NCBI GenBank assembly: GCA_017473945.1
Contig: JAFUIW010000122.1
Span: 10,540 to 74,539 of the forward strand
Reading direction: 5' to 3'
Source: Methanobrevibacter sp.
GTDB taxonomy: Archaea > Methanobacteriota > Methanobacteria > Methanobacteriales > Methanobacteriaceae
Length of the DNA stretch: 64,000 bases
In this document: positions 51,941-60,740 of the stretch, in pieces
Layout of the letters: the number at the start of each line of letters is the position of its first letter
How positions within the stretch are numbered: the stretch's first letter is position 1
The notes under the pieces: model-generated
What the model was told of the DNA's origin: nothing
The model's input: the letters and a program-made list of their open reading frames with translations, nothing else
Databases searched by the model: none
Translations under genes and position numbers: made by a program

Positions 51941-53380
51941 ATGAGTGAACAATTAAATAAAGATTATGAAGAACAAATACGTAGAAATCCACAATCCCTT
52001 TTAGAAGAGTATCCTAGAAAAGGAACCAATATTCAATCCACTCATTACTGTGCAGGTTGTGGACATGGTATCATACACAAATTGATTGCAGAATGTATGG
52101 ATGAGCTTGGAATCCAGGAAAGATGCGTTATGATTTCACCAGTGGGATGCTCAGTATATGCATACTTCTACTTCAACTGCGGAAACTTCCAGACCGCTCA
52201 CGGAAGAGCGCCTGCAGTGGCTACAGGCATTTCAAGAGCAGAAGACAATGCTATTGTTATGAGCTATCAGGGAGATGGGGACTTAGCCTCCATCGGTTTA
52301 AACGAAACATTACAAGCTGCAAACCGTGGTGAAAAGATTGCAGTATTTTTCGTGAACAACACCGTTTACGGTATGACCGGCGGACAGATGGCTCCAACAA
52401 CATTGATTGGTGAAAAAACAGTTACATGTCAAACTGGAAGAGACCCTGATTATGCAGGACACCCTACACACATGTGTGAGTTAATCAACACCCTAAAAGC
52501 ACCTGTATTCATTGAAAGGGTATCTCTTGCAAATCCATTGAAAATCAGACTTGCAAAATATGCAATCAAACAGGCACTTACAGTTCAAAAAGAAGGAAAA
52601 GGATATTCATTCGTTGAAATATTATCCCCTTGCCCTACAAACCTAAAACAGGATGTTAAACGTGCACAGGAATTCATTGAAAAACACATGGAAAAAGAGT
52701 TCCCTGTCAAAAACTTCAGAAACAACCTCTACAAAAAAGACCCTGTTGTCAGACCTGAAAGTGACTTTACCACAGAATCATTGGATAAAATATTCAATGT
52801 AAACAGAGGCGAAGGTTCAGGATATGTCGATGAGGACATTGAACCTGTAAGCATAAAAGTTTCCGGATTTGGTGGTCAGGGAGTCTTGAGTGCTGGCCTT
52901 ACAATTGCTGAAGCAGCATGTGCTGAGGGAAAACACGTTTCATGGTATCCTAGTTACGGACCTGAACAGAGAGGAGGAAAATCAAACTGTTCAGTAGTTA
53001 TTTCAAATGAAACCATTGGAACTCCTGTTGTTGATGACATTGACATTCTTATCGCATTGAACAAACCTTCACTTGAACAGTTCTCACAGGACGTTAAAGA
53101 AGGAGGAGTAATACTTTATGATTCACACATTGGTGAGTTCGAAACCGACAGGGACATTAAGGTCATTGCAATGCCTTGTGTCGATATTGCAGAGGAACAC
53201 GGCAATGTCAGAACTGCAAACACTGCGCTTTTAGGTGCATTGACTGAATTGACTGATGTCTTAAAACGTGAATCTTATGAAAACGCTATTCGTGAAATGT
53301 TTGCTGCCAAACCTAAAGTAATCGATGTAAACATCGATGTTTTGGAAGCTGGAGCAGAATGGATTAAAAACAACTCATAG
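51941..53380 (+). CDS. vorA: 2-oxoacid:ferredoxin oxidoreductase fused beta (TPP-binding) and gamma subunit
   Basis: 479 aa. The N-terminal half carries HYCAGCGHG and GDGD TPP motifs. The C-terminal half carries the gamma-type [11 protein letters not shown]...YGPEQRGG motif. This fusion is as described for the three-subunit VOR of Methanothermobacter. Confidence 0.75.
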   Translation: MSEQLNKDYEEQIRRNPQSLLEEYPRKGTNIQSTHYCAGCGHGIIHKLIAECMDELGIQERCVMISPVGCSVYAYFYFNCGNFQTAHGRAPAVATGISRAEDNAIVMSYQGDGDLASIGLNETLQAANRGEKIAVFFVNNTVYGMTGGQMAPTTLIGEKTVTCQTGRDPDYAGHPTHMCELINTLKAPVFIERVSLANPLKIRLAKYAIKQALTVQKEGKGYSFVEILSPCPTNLKQDVKRAQEFIEKHMEKEFPVKNFRNNLYKKDPVVRPESDFTTESLDKIFNVNRGEGSGYVDEDIEPVSIKVSGFGGQGVLSAGLTIAEAACAEGKHVSWYPSYGPEQRGGKSNCSVVISNETIGTPVVDDIDILIALNKPSLEQFSQDVKEGGVILYDSHIGEFETDRDIKVIAMPCVDIAEEHGNVRTANTALLGALTELTDVLKRESYENAIREMFAAKPKVIDVNIDVLEAGAEWIKNNS

Positions 53381-53389
53381 TGTGATTTA

Positions 53390-54700
53390 ATGACATATAA
53401 AGAAAATGCTAACAAATATATAGAAAATTACGGCTTAAGTATAGGAGATACAATCAAAGTAAACAAAAAAGACATCTCCTATAAAGGAATTTTACTTGAC
53501 AGACCAGAAGATGCCGATGACGGATATCTTGTTATCAAATTATCAAGCGGATATAACATTGGAGTGGCTATTGAAGGCACTACAGCAGAGCTTATTGAAA
53601 AAGGAGACAAACCTAAAATAGGATATGATGCTGAAGAGATTCCAACAGATCCAAACAAGCAGAACATCTCAATCGTGTCTACCGGCGGAACAGTATCTTC
53701 TGTCATCGATTACAGAACAGGTGCAGTGCATCCTAAATTTACCGCTTCAGACCTTGTAAAGGCAAATCCAGAACTCTTGGATTATGCAAATTACAACGTA
53801 AAGGATTTATATAATATATTAAGTGAAGACATGAAGCCTGAATACTGGGTTAAAGCAGCAGAAGAAATAGCCAATGACATTTCAGACGGTGCTGACGGAG
53901 TAGTGATAGCTCATGGTACAGATACCATGCACTATACTTCAGCCGCATTGAGCTTCATGATTAAAACTCCAGTTCCAATTGTTATAACAGGAGCTCAAAG
54001 AAGTTCAGACAGACCTTCAAGTGACGCCAACATCAACCTGATTGATTCCGTTGTTGCTGCAAAATCAGACATTGCAGAGGTCTGTGTATGTATGCACGGA
54101 AGCTTGAATGACAAATACAATTACCTGCACAAAGGAACAAAAGTCAGAAAGATGCATACATCAAGAAGAGATACCTTCAGAAGCATCAACGCTCAGCCAA
54201 TAGCTAAGATTGAAAATAAACAGGTTGAGATCAATCCAGACTATGCATACACCAAACGTGGAGCCAATGAACTTGAACTGAACACATCCATTGAAGAGAA
54301 AGTAGGATTCATCAAAAGTTTCCCAGGCATTTCTGAAGAGTTCATTGAATATCACATCGACAAAGGTTACAAAGGACTTGTCATTGAGGGAACCGGTCTA
54401 GGACATGTACCAAACGAAATGATTGATTCATTTAGAAGAGCTCAAGATGAGAAAATCCCGGTAATCATGACTTCACAATGTCTTTACGGTAGAGTTAACA
54501 TGAACGTTTACTCAACAGGACGTAACATTCTGGATGCCGGAGTTATATCCGGCCGTGACATGACCCCTGAAACCACATACGTGAAATTATGCTGGGCATT
54601 AGGTCAAAGTGACGATTACAATAAAGTAAAAGAGATTATGCAAACCAATATTGCTGGAGAATTCTCTGAAAAATCCTCAATCAAGGATTTCTTAAACTAG
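53390..54700 (+). CDS. gatD: Glu-tRNA(Gln) amidotransferase subunit D
   Basis: 436 aa. Asparaginase-like core STGGTV...HGTDTM. Confidence 0.92.
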   Translation: MTYKENANKYIENYGLSIGDTIKVNKKDISYKGILLDRPEDADDGYLVIKLSSGYNIGVAIEGTTAELIEKGDKPKIGYDAEEIPTDPNKQNISIVSTGGTVSSVIDYRTGAVHPKFTASDLVKANPELLDYANYNVKDLYNILSEDMKPEYWVKAAEEIANDISDGADGVVIAHGTDTMHYTSAALSFMIKTPVPIVITGAQRSSDRPSSDANINLIDSVVAAKSDIAEVCVCMHGSLNDKYNYLHKGTKVRKMHTSRRDTFRSINAQPIAKIENKQVEINPDYAYTKRGANELELNTSIEEKVGFIKSFPGISEEFIEYHIDKGYKGLVIEGTGLGHVPNEMIDSFRRAQDEKIPVIMTSQCLYGRVNMNVYSTGRNILDAGVISGRDMTPETTYVKLCWALGQSDDYNKVKEIMQTNIAGEFSEKSSIKDFLN

Positions 54701-54709
54701 GTGGTTAAT

Positions 54710-56575
54710 ATGGATTACGAAAAATTAGGATTAAAAATGGGACTTGAGATTCACCAACAATTAAACAGCCAGCACAAACTGTTCTGCCCATGCAAAACAG
54801 AGCTTGTGGATGATGATTACTCAGAGCTTGTTCAAAGAAAATTAAGGCCAACACAGTCCGAACTTGGTGAAATCGACCGTGCAGCTTTACAGGAATCCCT
54901 AAGAGGATTGAACTTCAAGTATGAAAACTTTGAAAACCACACCTGCCTTGTTGAAAACGATGACGAACCACCTCACAGCCTGAATGAGGAAGCCTTAGAC
55001 ATCTGTATCACAATCGCTTGTCTTATGAACATGCACATTGTCGACGAATTCCACACAATGCGTAAACAGGTTATTGACGGAAGTAACACCGGAGGGTTCC
55101 AGAGGACAGGTATGGTTGCAACCGACGGATATCTTGACACACCATACGGAAAGGTTGTCATTGAAAGTCTTGGCCTTGAAGAAGACGCAGCAAGAAGAGT
55201 TGAAACCAAAGACGGATTTACCGAATTTAGATTAGACAGATTAGGTATACCATTAGCTGAAATAACAACAGATCCTTCAATGCACCATCCGGACCAGGTA
55301 AGGGAAGTTGCATACATGCTAGGTCAGATATTGAGAAGTACCAATGTTAAAAGAGGTCTTGGTACAATCAGACAGGACCTGAACATTTCCATTGCTGAAG
55401 GCGCACGTGTTGAAATTAAAGGTGTTCAGGACCTTGACTTAATGGCCGAAATCGTAAACCGTGAAGTAACAAGACAATTAGAATTAATTGATATTAAAAA
55501 ACAATTACAATCAAGAAACGCTGAAGTTCTAGAAGAGATTCATGACCTTGATGAGTTATTTACTGATACTGAATCAAAAATATTGAAATCAGCTGAAACA
55601 ATCAAAGCAGTTGTTTTAAAAGGATTTAACGGACAAATTGGTCGTGAAGTGCAACCTGGAAGAAGGTTCGGTACTGAAATTGCGAGTTATGCTAAAAAAC
55701 GTGGAGTTTCAGGAATATTCCATTCAGATGAATTGCCGGCTTATGGAATAACCCAAGAGGAAGTTGACAAGGTAAACGACTTTTTAAACATTGGCGAGGA
55801 AGATGCATTCATCATTGTAGCTCACGATGAGGATATTGCGATTTCCGCACTGGAAGAAGTCAAAAGAAGAGCAAACCTAGGTTTAGAAGGTGTTGTTGAA
55901 GAGACAAGAAAAGCTCTTGATGACGGCAACACAGAATACATGAGACCTCTTCCAACTGCAAACAGGATGTATCTTGAAACAGACATTCCATTATTCAAGA
56001 TCACTTCAGACAGAGTCGAGCCTATAGCTAACAACTTGCCTGAATTGCCTGACGTAAAACAGGCAAGGATTATTGAAGAATACAAGTTAAGTGAAGACCT
56101 GGCAACACAGCTTGTCAAAAGGCAGGAAGCTGACGTGTTTGAGGCAATTTTGGCTGACGTTGATGTTGATGCAACACCAGTCGCTTCACTTCTTGCTTAT
56201 GACCTTAGAGAAATCAAAAGGGAAGGTCATGACATTAACGTGTTAACCTTAGATCACTTTAAAGGAATTTTTACATTGCTTGCTGAAGGAAAAATAGCTA
56301 AGGACAGTATTCGTAAATTGGCTGTTGAAACCATCAACGCACCTGATAGCGATATTGCCGAAATCGCTGAGAAAAACAATCTTGTAATGATGAACGATGA
56401 AGAGGTTCAAAAGATTATTGCTGAAATTGTTTCAAACAATGAAGGAATGGTTAAAGAGCGTCAAATGGGTGCAATGGGTCCTTTGATGGGAATGTGCATG
56501 AAACAACTTAAAGGAAAAGCAGACGGAGGACTTGTAAATAAAATAGTCCGTGAAGAAATTCAAAAATTTATATAA
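54710..56575 (+). CDS. gatE: Glu-tRNA(Gln) amidotransferase subunit E
   Basis: [18 protein letters not shown]... from ATG 54710, with an AGGTGG SD inside the gatD stop region. The track ORF begins at GTG 54701. Confidence 0.92.
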   Translation: MDYEKLGLKMGLEIHQQLNSQHKLFCPCKTELVDDDYSELVQRKLRPTQSELGEIDRAALQESLRGLNFKYENFENHTCLVENDDEPPHSLNEEALDICITIACLMNMHIVDEFHTMRKQVIDGSNTGGFQRTGMVATDGYLDTPYGKVVIESLGLEEDAARRVETKDGFTEFRLDRLGIPLAEITTDPSMHHPDQVREVAYMLGQILRSTNVKRGLGTIRQDLNISIAEGARVEIKGVQDLDLMAEIVNREVTRQLELIDIKKQLQSRNAEVLEEIHDLDELFTDTESKILKSAETIKAVVLKGFNGQIGREVQPGRRFGTEIASYAKKRGVSGIFHSDELPAYGITQEEVDKVNDFLNIGEEDAFIIVAHDEDIAISALEEVKRRANLGLEGVVEETRKALDDGNTEYMRPLPTANRMYLETDIPLFKITSDRVEPIANNLPELPDVKQARIIEEYKLSEDLATQLVKRQEADVFEAILADVDVDATPVASLLAYDLREIKREGHDINVLTLDHFKGIFTLLAEGKIAKDSIRKLAVETINAPDSDIAEIAEKNNLVMMNDEEVQKIIAEIVSNNEGMVKERQMGAMGPLMGMCMKQLKGKADGGLVNKIVREEIQKFI

Positions 56576-56611
56576 GGAAACTCACACGAGTTTCCATTTA
56601 AACTCTTTTTT
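56576..56611 (+). terminator. gatE terminator hairpin plus T-tract
   Basis: GGAAACTC-ACAC-GAGTTTCC immediately after the TAA stop, then CTCTTTTTT. Confidence 0.7.
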
Positions 56612-56629
56612 AATACTGTAAAAAATATT

Positions 56630-56645
56630 TTTAGGAATACCTAAA
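56630..56645. promoter_or_regulatory. palindromic box TTTAGGAATACCTAAA (DtxR/IdeR-like iron-box candidate)
   Basis: Perfect 6-N4-6 inverted repeat, 11 nt upstream of the TATA at 56657. Confidence 0.5.
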
Positions 56646-56656
56646 AAATAGAAAAC

Positions 56657-56663
56657 TTTATAT
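56657..56663 (+). promoter_or_regulatory. TATA box candidate (TTTATAT) with A-rich BRE-like flank
   Basis: AAAACTTTATATGC. The geometry is conserved with copy 2 at 60412. Confidence 0.45.
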
Positions 56664-56687
56664 GCTACCTACAACAACATTATAATT

Positions 56688-56905
56688 GGTGATGAAATTT
56701 AGGTTAGCCTAAAATTCAAATCACATTATTAGTCAAATAAACACAAAAAACTCTCCAAAATTAGAAAAGTGTTGAATTAGATTTTCACAATTTCTCTAAT
56801 TTGATACAAGTCGTTGGAAAATTAAAAAAATCTGCCAAAAAATAATTTTCCTCAAAACATTCGGTGTTTAATTCGTCGGTTAAACACCCATTATCTCTCT
56901 TTTTT
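56688..56905 (+). ncRNA. candidate small non-coding RNA, copy 1 (predicted ends approximate)
   Basis: No ATG on the plus strand from 56714 to 56905. About 95 nt are nearly identical to 60513-60609. Ends in hairpin GGTGTTTAA-N8-TTAAACACC (56863-56888) plus a T6 tract (56900-56905). Confidence 0.35.
56698..56713. promoter_or_regulatory. palindromic box TTTAGGTTAGCCTAAA (DtxR/IdeR-like iron-box candidate)
   Basis: Perfect 6-N4-6 inverted repeat, 34 nt downstream of the TATA. This is the expected +5 to +25 region of a transcript. Confidence 0.5.
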
Positions 56906-57069
56906 AAAAAATGGATTTAAATTTAACTAATCACACTATTCTGATTACATTTCTAACCAACGATATTTTTAACTACATCCTTAGAATATTTAACTAAAAA
57001 AACTTATTTTAGACAAAATATATAGATTCCATTACTATTTGAAAAAAAGATGAATTTCTGGAGAACATC

Positions 57070-57207
57070 ATGATCGAGAAAGAATGCTACAACTGCAAAC
57101 ACATGGAATTTGATATCAGCCTTTGCACTCAATACTACTGCAGATTACACGAAAAATTAACTAAAATGGACGATACATGTGATGACTGGAGCGAATCATC
57201 AAATTAA
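57070..57207 (+). CDS. small Cys-rich protein (45 aa), below the ORF-track size cut-off
   Basis: Own translation: MIEKECYNCKHMEFDISLCTQYYCRLHEKLTKMDDTCDDWSESSN. GGAGAA SD 5 nt upstream of the ATG. Five Cys including one CxxC. Confidence 0.45.
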   Translation: MIEKECYNCKHMEFDISLCTQYYCRLHEKLTKMDDTCDDWSESSN

Positions 57208-57284
57208 GTTACACCTATTGATATCCCAATATAATTTGACTATGGTACAAATCCCGTGCACCTAATTAAAGTGAAAATCAGAGC

Positions 57285-57926
57285 TTATTCAACATCAAAA
57301 CCCTTTTGCTCCATACTGTTTTTAAGAATCTCCATAGCCTTAATTGTATCAGGCCCTGAAACCCTCTTAATCATACGATTGTTTTCATTAAACCTTCCAA
57401 CAAAATAATCCTGCTGTTCTTCACTTACAAGGTCAAGTCTAGTATAGTTTGTAAGGCATTCCAGAAGTGCAAACAGACCACGGTTTAAAGCCTTTGCACA
57501 TGGATTGTTTTTGACGATTTCTACAACATCACTGCTTATTATATAAGCTTCCCCATTTGATGTGACGTGGTCTTTAATAGGATCCATTTTTCTAATGTCT
57601 GTAACATCACAAATGACATATGCTTCTGCATTTTTCAATATTGCAATGTCCTCATCATCTGTAAACTCTTCAATATCCAGGTTTCCTATTGTTGAATTTG
57701 CAAAATTTATAGGGTCAAAAGTAATGTTTACAACATATTTTCGTGTTTCCATAATGTTTTTAAGAGTCTGTGTGCCGACAAATAGTCTGCATCCAAGTTT
57801 GTCCTTGCCTTTGCATACAATTCCTATCGGCGCTGCATTTTTTACACCACTTTTGCTCATGGTAGTGTAAATTCCTTCATATTTCTGTCCTTCTTCAATT
57901 CCTATATCAGTCAAATCCATAGACAT
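57285..57926 (-). CDS. DUF447-like (FMN-binding split-barrel-like) protein, tentative
   Basis: The ORF runs to TTG 57971, but ATG 57926 is preceded by a GGTGA SD. EGIYTT...KNAAPIGIV resembles the DUF447 N-terminal signature. Confidence 0.45.
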   Translation of the reverse strand: MSMDLTDIGIEEGQKYEGIYTTMSKSGVKNAAPIGIVCKGKDKLGCRLFVGTQTLKNIMETRKYVVNITFDPINFANSTIGNLDIEEFTDDEDIAILKNAEAYVICDVTDIRKMDPIKDHVTSNGEAYIISSDVVEIVKNNPCAKALNRGLFALLECLTNYTRLDLVSEEQQDYFVGRFNENNRMIKRVSGPDTIKAMEILKNSMEQKGFDVE

Positions 57927-58212
57927 TTTATCACCAGAATAATTTACCATTTCAATGATAATATCTATCAATCAATCTAATTAAAAATTTAGGTTAACAT
58001 CCCACATTTTGTTTGAAACTTGAATTTGAAAAGCAGTTAATGTACATGGGAAACTGAAAAACAAATTGGTTCTTAAAAACATTGCAGTTAATGAAATATA
58101 CATATAATTAAATCATGATTAAATACATTTCTTTAAATATAATTAACAGCAAAATAAATTATTTGATAGGCGATACCTATTGAGAAAAATAAATGGAATG
58201 CTGAAGTTGAAG

Positions 58213-60231
58213 CTAACCAAATCCAGCCAATAGCCCAATGTTATAAATTAAAAATGAAACTATATATGCAGTCACAATAGTGATGGCGCACATCGCCAAA
58301 GCCCATCTGTAACCGTTTGTTTCATGCTTGATTGCACCGATTGTACCGAAACATGGAGTATATAGCAAAGTGAACGCCATAAATGCATATGCAGACAATG
58401 GAGTAAATGTATCATGTATCAGATGAGTTATGCCTCTTTCATCGCCCTCTTCCATACCTCCAAGAGTACCGAAAGTTGATACGATTACTTCCTTAGCCGC
58501 CAATCCAGCAATGATGGACACAGCAGCCTGCCATGTGCCGAATCCCAATGGGGCGAAAATCGGAGCGATAAACTGACCGATCATTCCAAGGATACTGTCT
58601 GCAGATCCGTATTTTACACCCAGCGGGAAGATGCTTAATGCCCACAATACTATGGAACATGCAAGAATTACGGTTCCCGCCTTTCTTATGAATCCCTTAA
58701 CCTTTTCCCATGTATGCAGAAGCACACCTTTAAGGGAAGGAACCTTATATGACGGAAGCTCCATTACAAATGGAGTTGACAGTCCCTTAAACAATATCCT
58801 TTTAAGAATTGCCGCAACAATAAGTGCCACCAAGATTCCTAAAAGATAGATTGACAACAATATTAATGCATTATATTCTTTAAAGAATGCTGCAATGAAA
58901 ATTGCATAAATCGGAAGTCTTGCAGTACATGACATGAATGGAACAAGCATCATAGCAAGTTTACGGTCGTTTTCACTTTCCAAAACTCTTGTTGCCATAA
59001 TGGCAGGCACACCACAACCGAATCCTAAAATCATTGGGATAAATGCCTTGCCATGAAGGCCGACCAACTTATGCATGAATATGTCCATTGTAAATGCTGC
59101 CCTAGCAAGATATCCGCAATCCTCCAGAATGCTTAAGAATAAAAATATTATAACGATGATTGGCAGGAAAGAAATAACTCCTCCCACACCTCCGATGACC
59201 GCATCACATAAAAATGATGCAACATAATAATTCGGAATGAAGCTTGCCACAAATCCGGAAAGCATTGAAAAACCCTGTTCGATTAGCTCCTGAAAAGGGG
59301 ATCCCACAGCATAGGTTACTTGAAACATTATCAACATTACAATTACAAAAATAGGAATCGCCAGTATCCTGTTTGTAATAATTTTATCTATTTTATCACT
59401 GATGCTTTCACCTTCAACGGCAGGCCTTTCAACAGCTTCCGCCATCAGACCGTCGATGAAAGCATATCTTGCACCTGCAACAACCTCTTCCACACCTTCA
59501 CCGTAGATATCGTAAAGGTGTCTTGAAACCTTGTCGGTTTCTATGAAAATTGATGAGCTTTCAGATGACTTTTGAACTTTCTCAATGACAATTGTGTCCT
59601 TTTCAAGCAGTTTGATTGCGGTCCAGAGTGACGGCACATTGAGCAGGTTTTCATCTTTTTCAATCAATTTCTGCATATCTTCCAAGTGTTCCTTTAACTC
59701 TGCACCATATGCCAGTTTTTTACTTGAATCAACAGGTTTTGCCGCTTGCCTTTCCACAATGGTGAAGAGTTCATCGATTCCTTCACCAGTTTTGGCATTG
59801 ATTTCAACAACAGGAAATCCCAAAAGTTCACTCATCAAATCAATATCTATTATGTGACCTCTTCTTTTAGCATAATCGTTCATGTTAAGCGCCATGACCA
59901 GGTTTGCCCCAAGTTCCATCATCTGAACCGTGAGGTACAAGTTACGTTCAAGATTGGACGCATCGACCACATTGACAATAACGTCTGAATCATCATCGAC
60001 GATGAAGTCCCTTGACACTATCTCTTCCATAGTGTGGGCGCTCAATGCATAGTTTCCCGGCAAATCGATAATGTCATAATCATATTTACCATGTGAAAAG
60101 TGACCTTTTGCCTGTTCAACCGTTTTTCCAGGCCAGTTTCCAACATGCTGGTGCATACCAGTCAATTCGTTGAAAACCGTTGTTTTTCCAACGTTTGGAT
60201 TGCCCGCCAATCCAACTATCAATTTCACCAT
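58213..60231 (-). CDS. feoB: ferrous iron transporter B
   Basis: 672 aa. N-terminal G domain GNPNVGKTTVFNELTG, DLPG, NMND, followed by a polytopic permease domain. No feoA-like ORF is adjacent. Confidence 0.93.
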   Translation of the reverse strand: MVKLIVGLAGNPNVGKTTVFNELTGMHQHVGNWPGKTVEQAKGHFSHGKYDYDIIDLPGNYALSAHTMEEIVSRDFIVDDDSDVIVNVVDASNLERNLYLTVQMMELGANLVMALNMNDYAKRRGHIIDIDLMSELLGFPVVEINAKTGEGIDELFTIVERQAAKPVDSSKKLAYGAELKEHLEDMQKLIEKDENLLNVPSLWTAIKLLEKDTIVIEKVQKSSESSSIFIETDKVSRHLYDIYGEGVEEVVAGARYAFIDGLMAEAVERPAVEGESISDKIDKIITNRILAIPIFVIVMLIMFQVTYAVGSPFQELIEQGFSMLSGFVASFIPNYYVASFLCDAVIGGVGGVISFLPIIVIIFLFLSILEDCGYLARAAFTMDIFMHKLVGLHGKAFIPMILGFGCGVPAIMATRVLESENDRKLAMMLVPFMSCTARLPIYAIFIAAFFKEYNALILLSIYLLGILVALIVAAILKRILFKGLSTPFVMELPSYKVPSLKGVLLHTWEKVKGFIRKAGTVILACSIVLWALSIFPLGVKYGSADSILGMIGQFIAPIFAPLGFGTWQAAVSIIAGLAAKEVIVSTFGTLGGMEEGDERGITHLIHDTFTPLSAYAFMAFTLLYTPCFGTIGAIKHETNGYRWALAMCAITIVTAYIVSFLIYNIGLLAGFG

Positions 60232-60383
60232 TATAGCTCTCCAACTTATTAAATTTTATATTAAAGATTACAATCGTTTTGATTTTCTAAATCTTTCCTT
60301 AAAAAAATTAGTGTTCCTCAATTATGTTTATATTTTCTTCTTATTTTATTTAAATTATAGATATGAAGGTTGAAGGATTTTAA

Positions 60384-60399
60384 TTTAGGTTAGCCTAAA
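60384..60399. promoter_or_regulatory. palindromic box TTTAGGTTAGCCTAAA (iron-box candidate) on the feoB side of a shared TATA
   Basis: Identical to the box at 56698. Lies 12 nt from the TATA at 60412-60419, so it would sit near the TSS of a minus-strand (feoB) transcript. Confidence 0.5.
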
Positions 60400-60411
60400 T
60401 TTTTAGAAAGG

Positions 60412-60419
60412 TTTATATA
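60412..60419. promoter_or_regulatory. TATA box candidate TTTATATA (near-palindromic, possibly bidirectional)
   Basis: AGGTTTATATACT, flanked by the two boxes. Confidence 0.45.
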
Positions 60420-60442
60420 CTATGAAAACATACTTTAATACA

Positions 60443-60667
60443 AGTGACATATATTTAGGTAAACCTAAATATTCACTTTAAACAAGACATATTATTAGTC
60501 AATAAAACAAAACTCTCCAAAATTAGAAAAGTGTTGAATTAGATTTTTCACAATTTCTCTAATTTGATACAAGTCGTTGGAAAATTAAAAAAATCTGCCA
60601 AACAAAATTAATTTTCCTCAAAGCTGGTGTTTAATACGTCGGTTAAACACCAATTATCTCTCTTTTT
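60443..60667 (+). ncRNA. candidate small non-coding RNA, copy 2 (predicted ends approximate)
   Basis: No ATG from 60470 to 60667. The conserved core is shared with copy 1, apart from a T4/T5 indel. Hairpin GGTGTTTAA-N8-TTAAACACC (60626-60651) plus a T5 tract (60663-60667). Confidence 0.35.
60454..60469. promoter_or_regulatory. palindromic box TTTAGGTAAACCTAAA (iron-box candidate)
   Basis: Perfect 6-N4-6 inverted repeat, 34 nt downstream of the TATA. This is the same spacing as in copy 1. Confidence 0.5.
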
Positions 60668-60699
60668 GAAAATAATTTCCAAAAAAATTATTCAATACT

Positions 60700-60740
60700 A
60701 AAAATAAAAAAAGTAAATAACTGCCGAAGCAAGTTATTTT
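60700..60740 (-). terminator. strong hairpin (UUCG loop) plus T-tract terminator of ALP 60734..63340
   Basis: Minus strand AAATAACTTGC-TTCG-GCAGTTATTT, overlapping the TAA stop and followed by ACTTTTTTTATTTTT. Confidence 0.7.

Noticed and set aside
56790-56850. Micro-ORFs inside the conserved repeat core: plus-strand TTG-ATA-CAA... (14-15 codons) and minus-strand TTG-GCA-GAT... (17 codons, with GAGGA upstream).
   Set aside because: There is no ATG. The plus-strand micro-ORF has no SD. The C-termini differ between the copies. The T4/T5 indel in the core argues for RNA-level rather than protein-level conservation. I cannot fully exclude the minus-strand peptide.
57984-58000. TTTAGGTTAAC half-site upstream of the DUF447-like gene as a fifth iron box.
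   Set aside because: Only one half-site is present (TTTAGG TTAA CATCCC), with no CCTAAA partner, so it may be chance in AT-rich DNA.
56630-60667. Interpreting the 280-bp direct repeats as attL/attR of an integrated element.
   Set aside because: There is no integrase or recombinase, no tRNA target and no phage or plasmid genes between the repeats. The repeats themselves have promoter-operator-terminator organisation.
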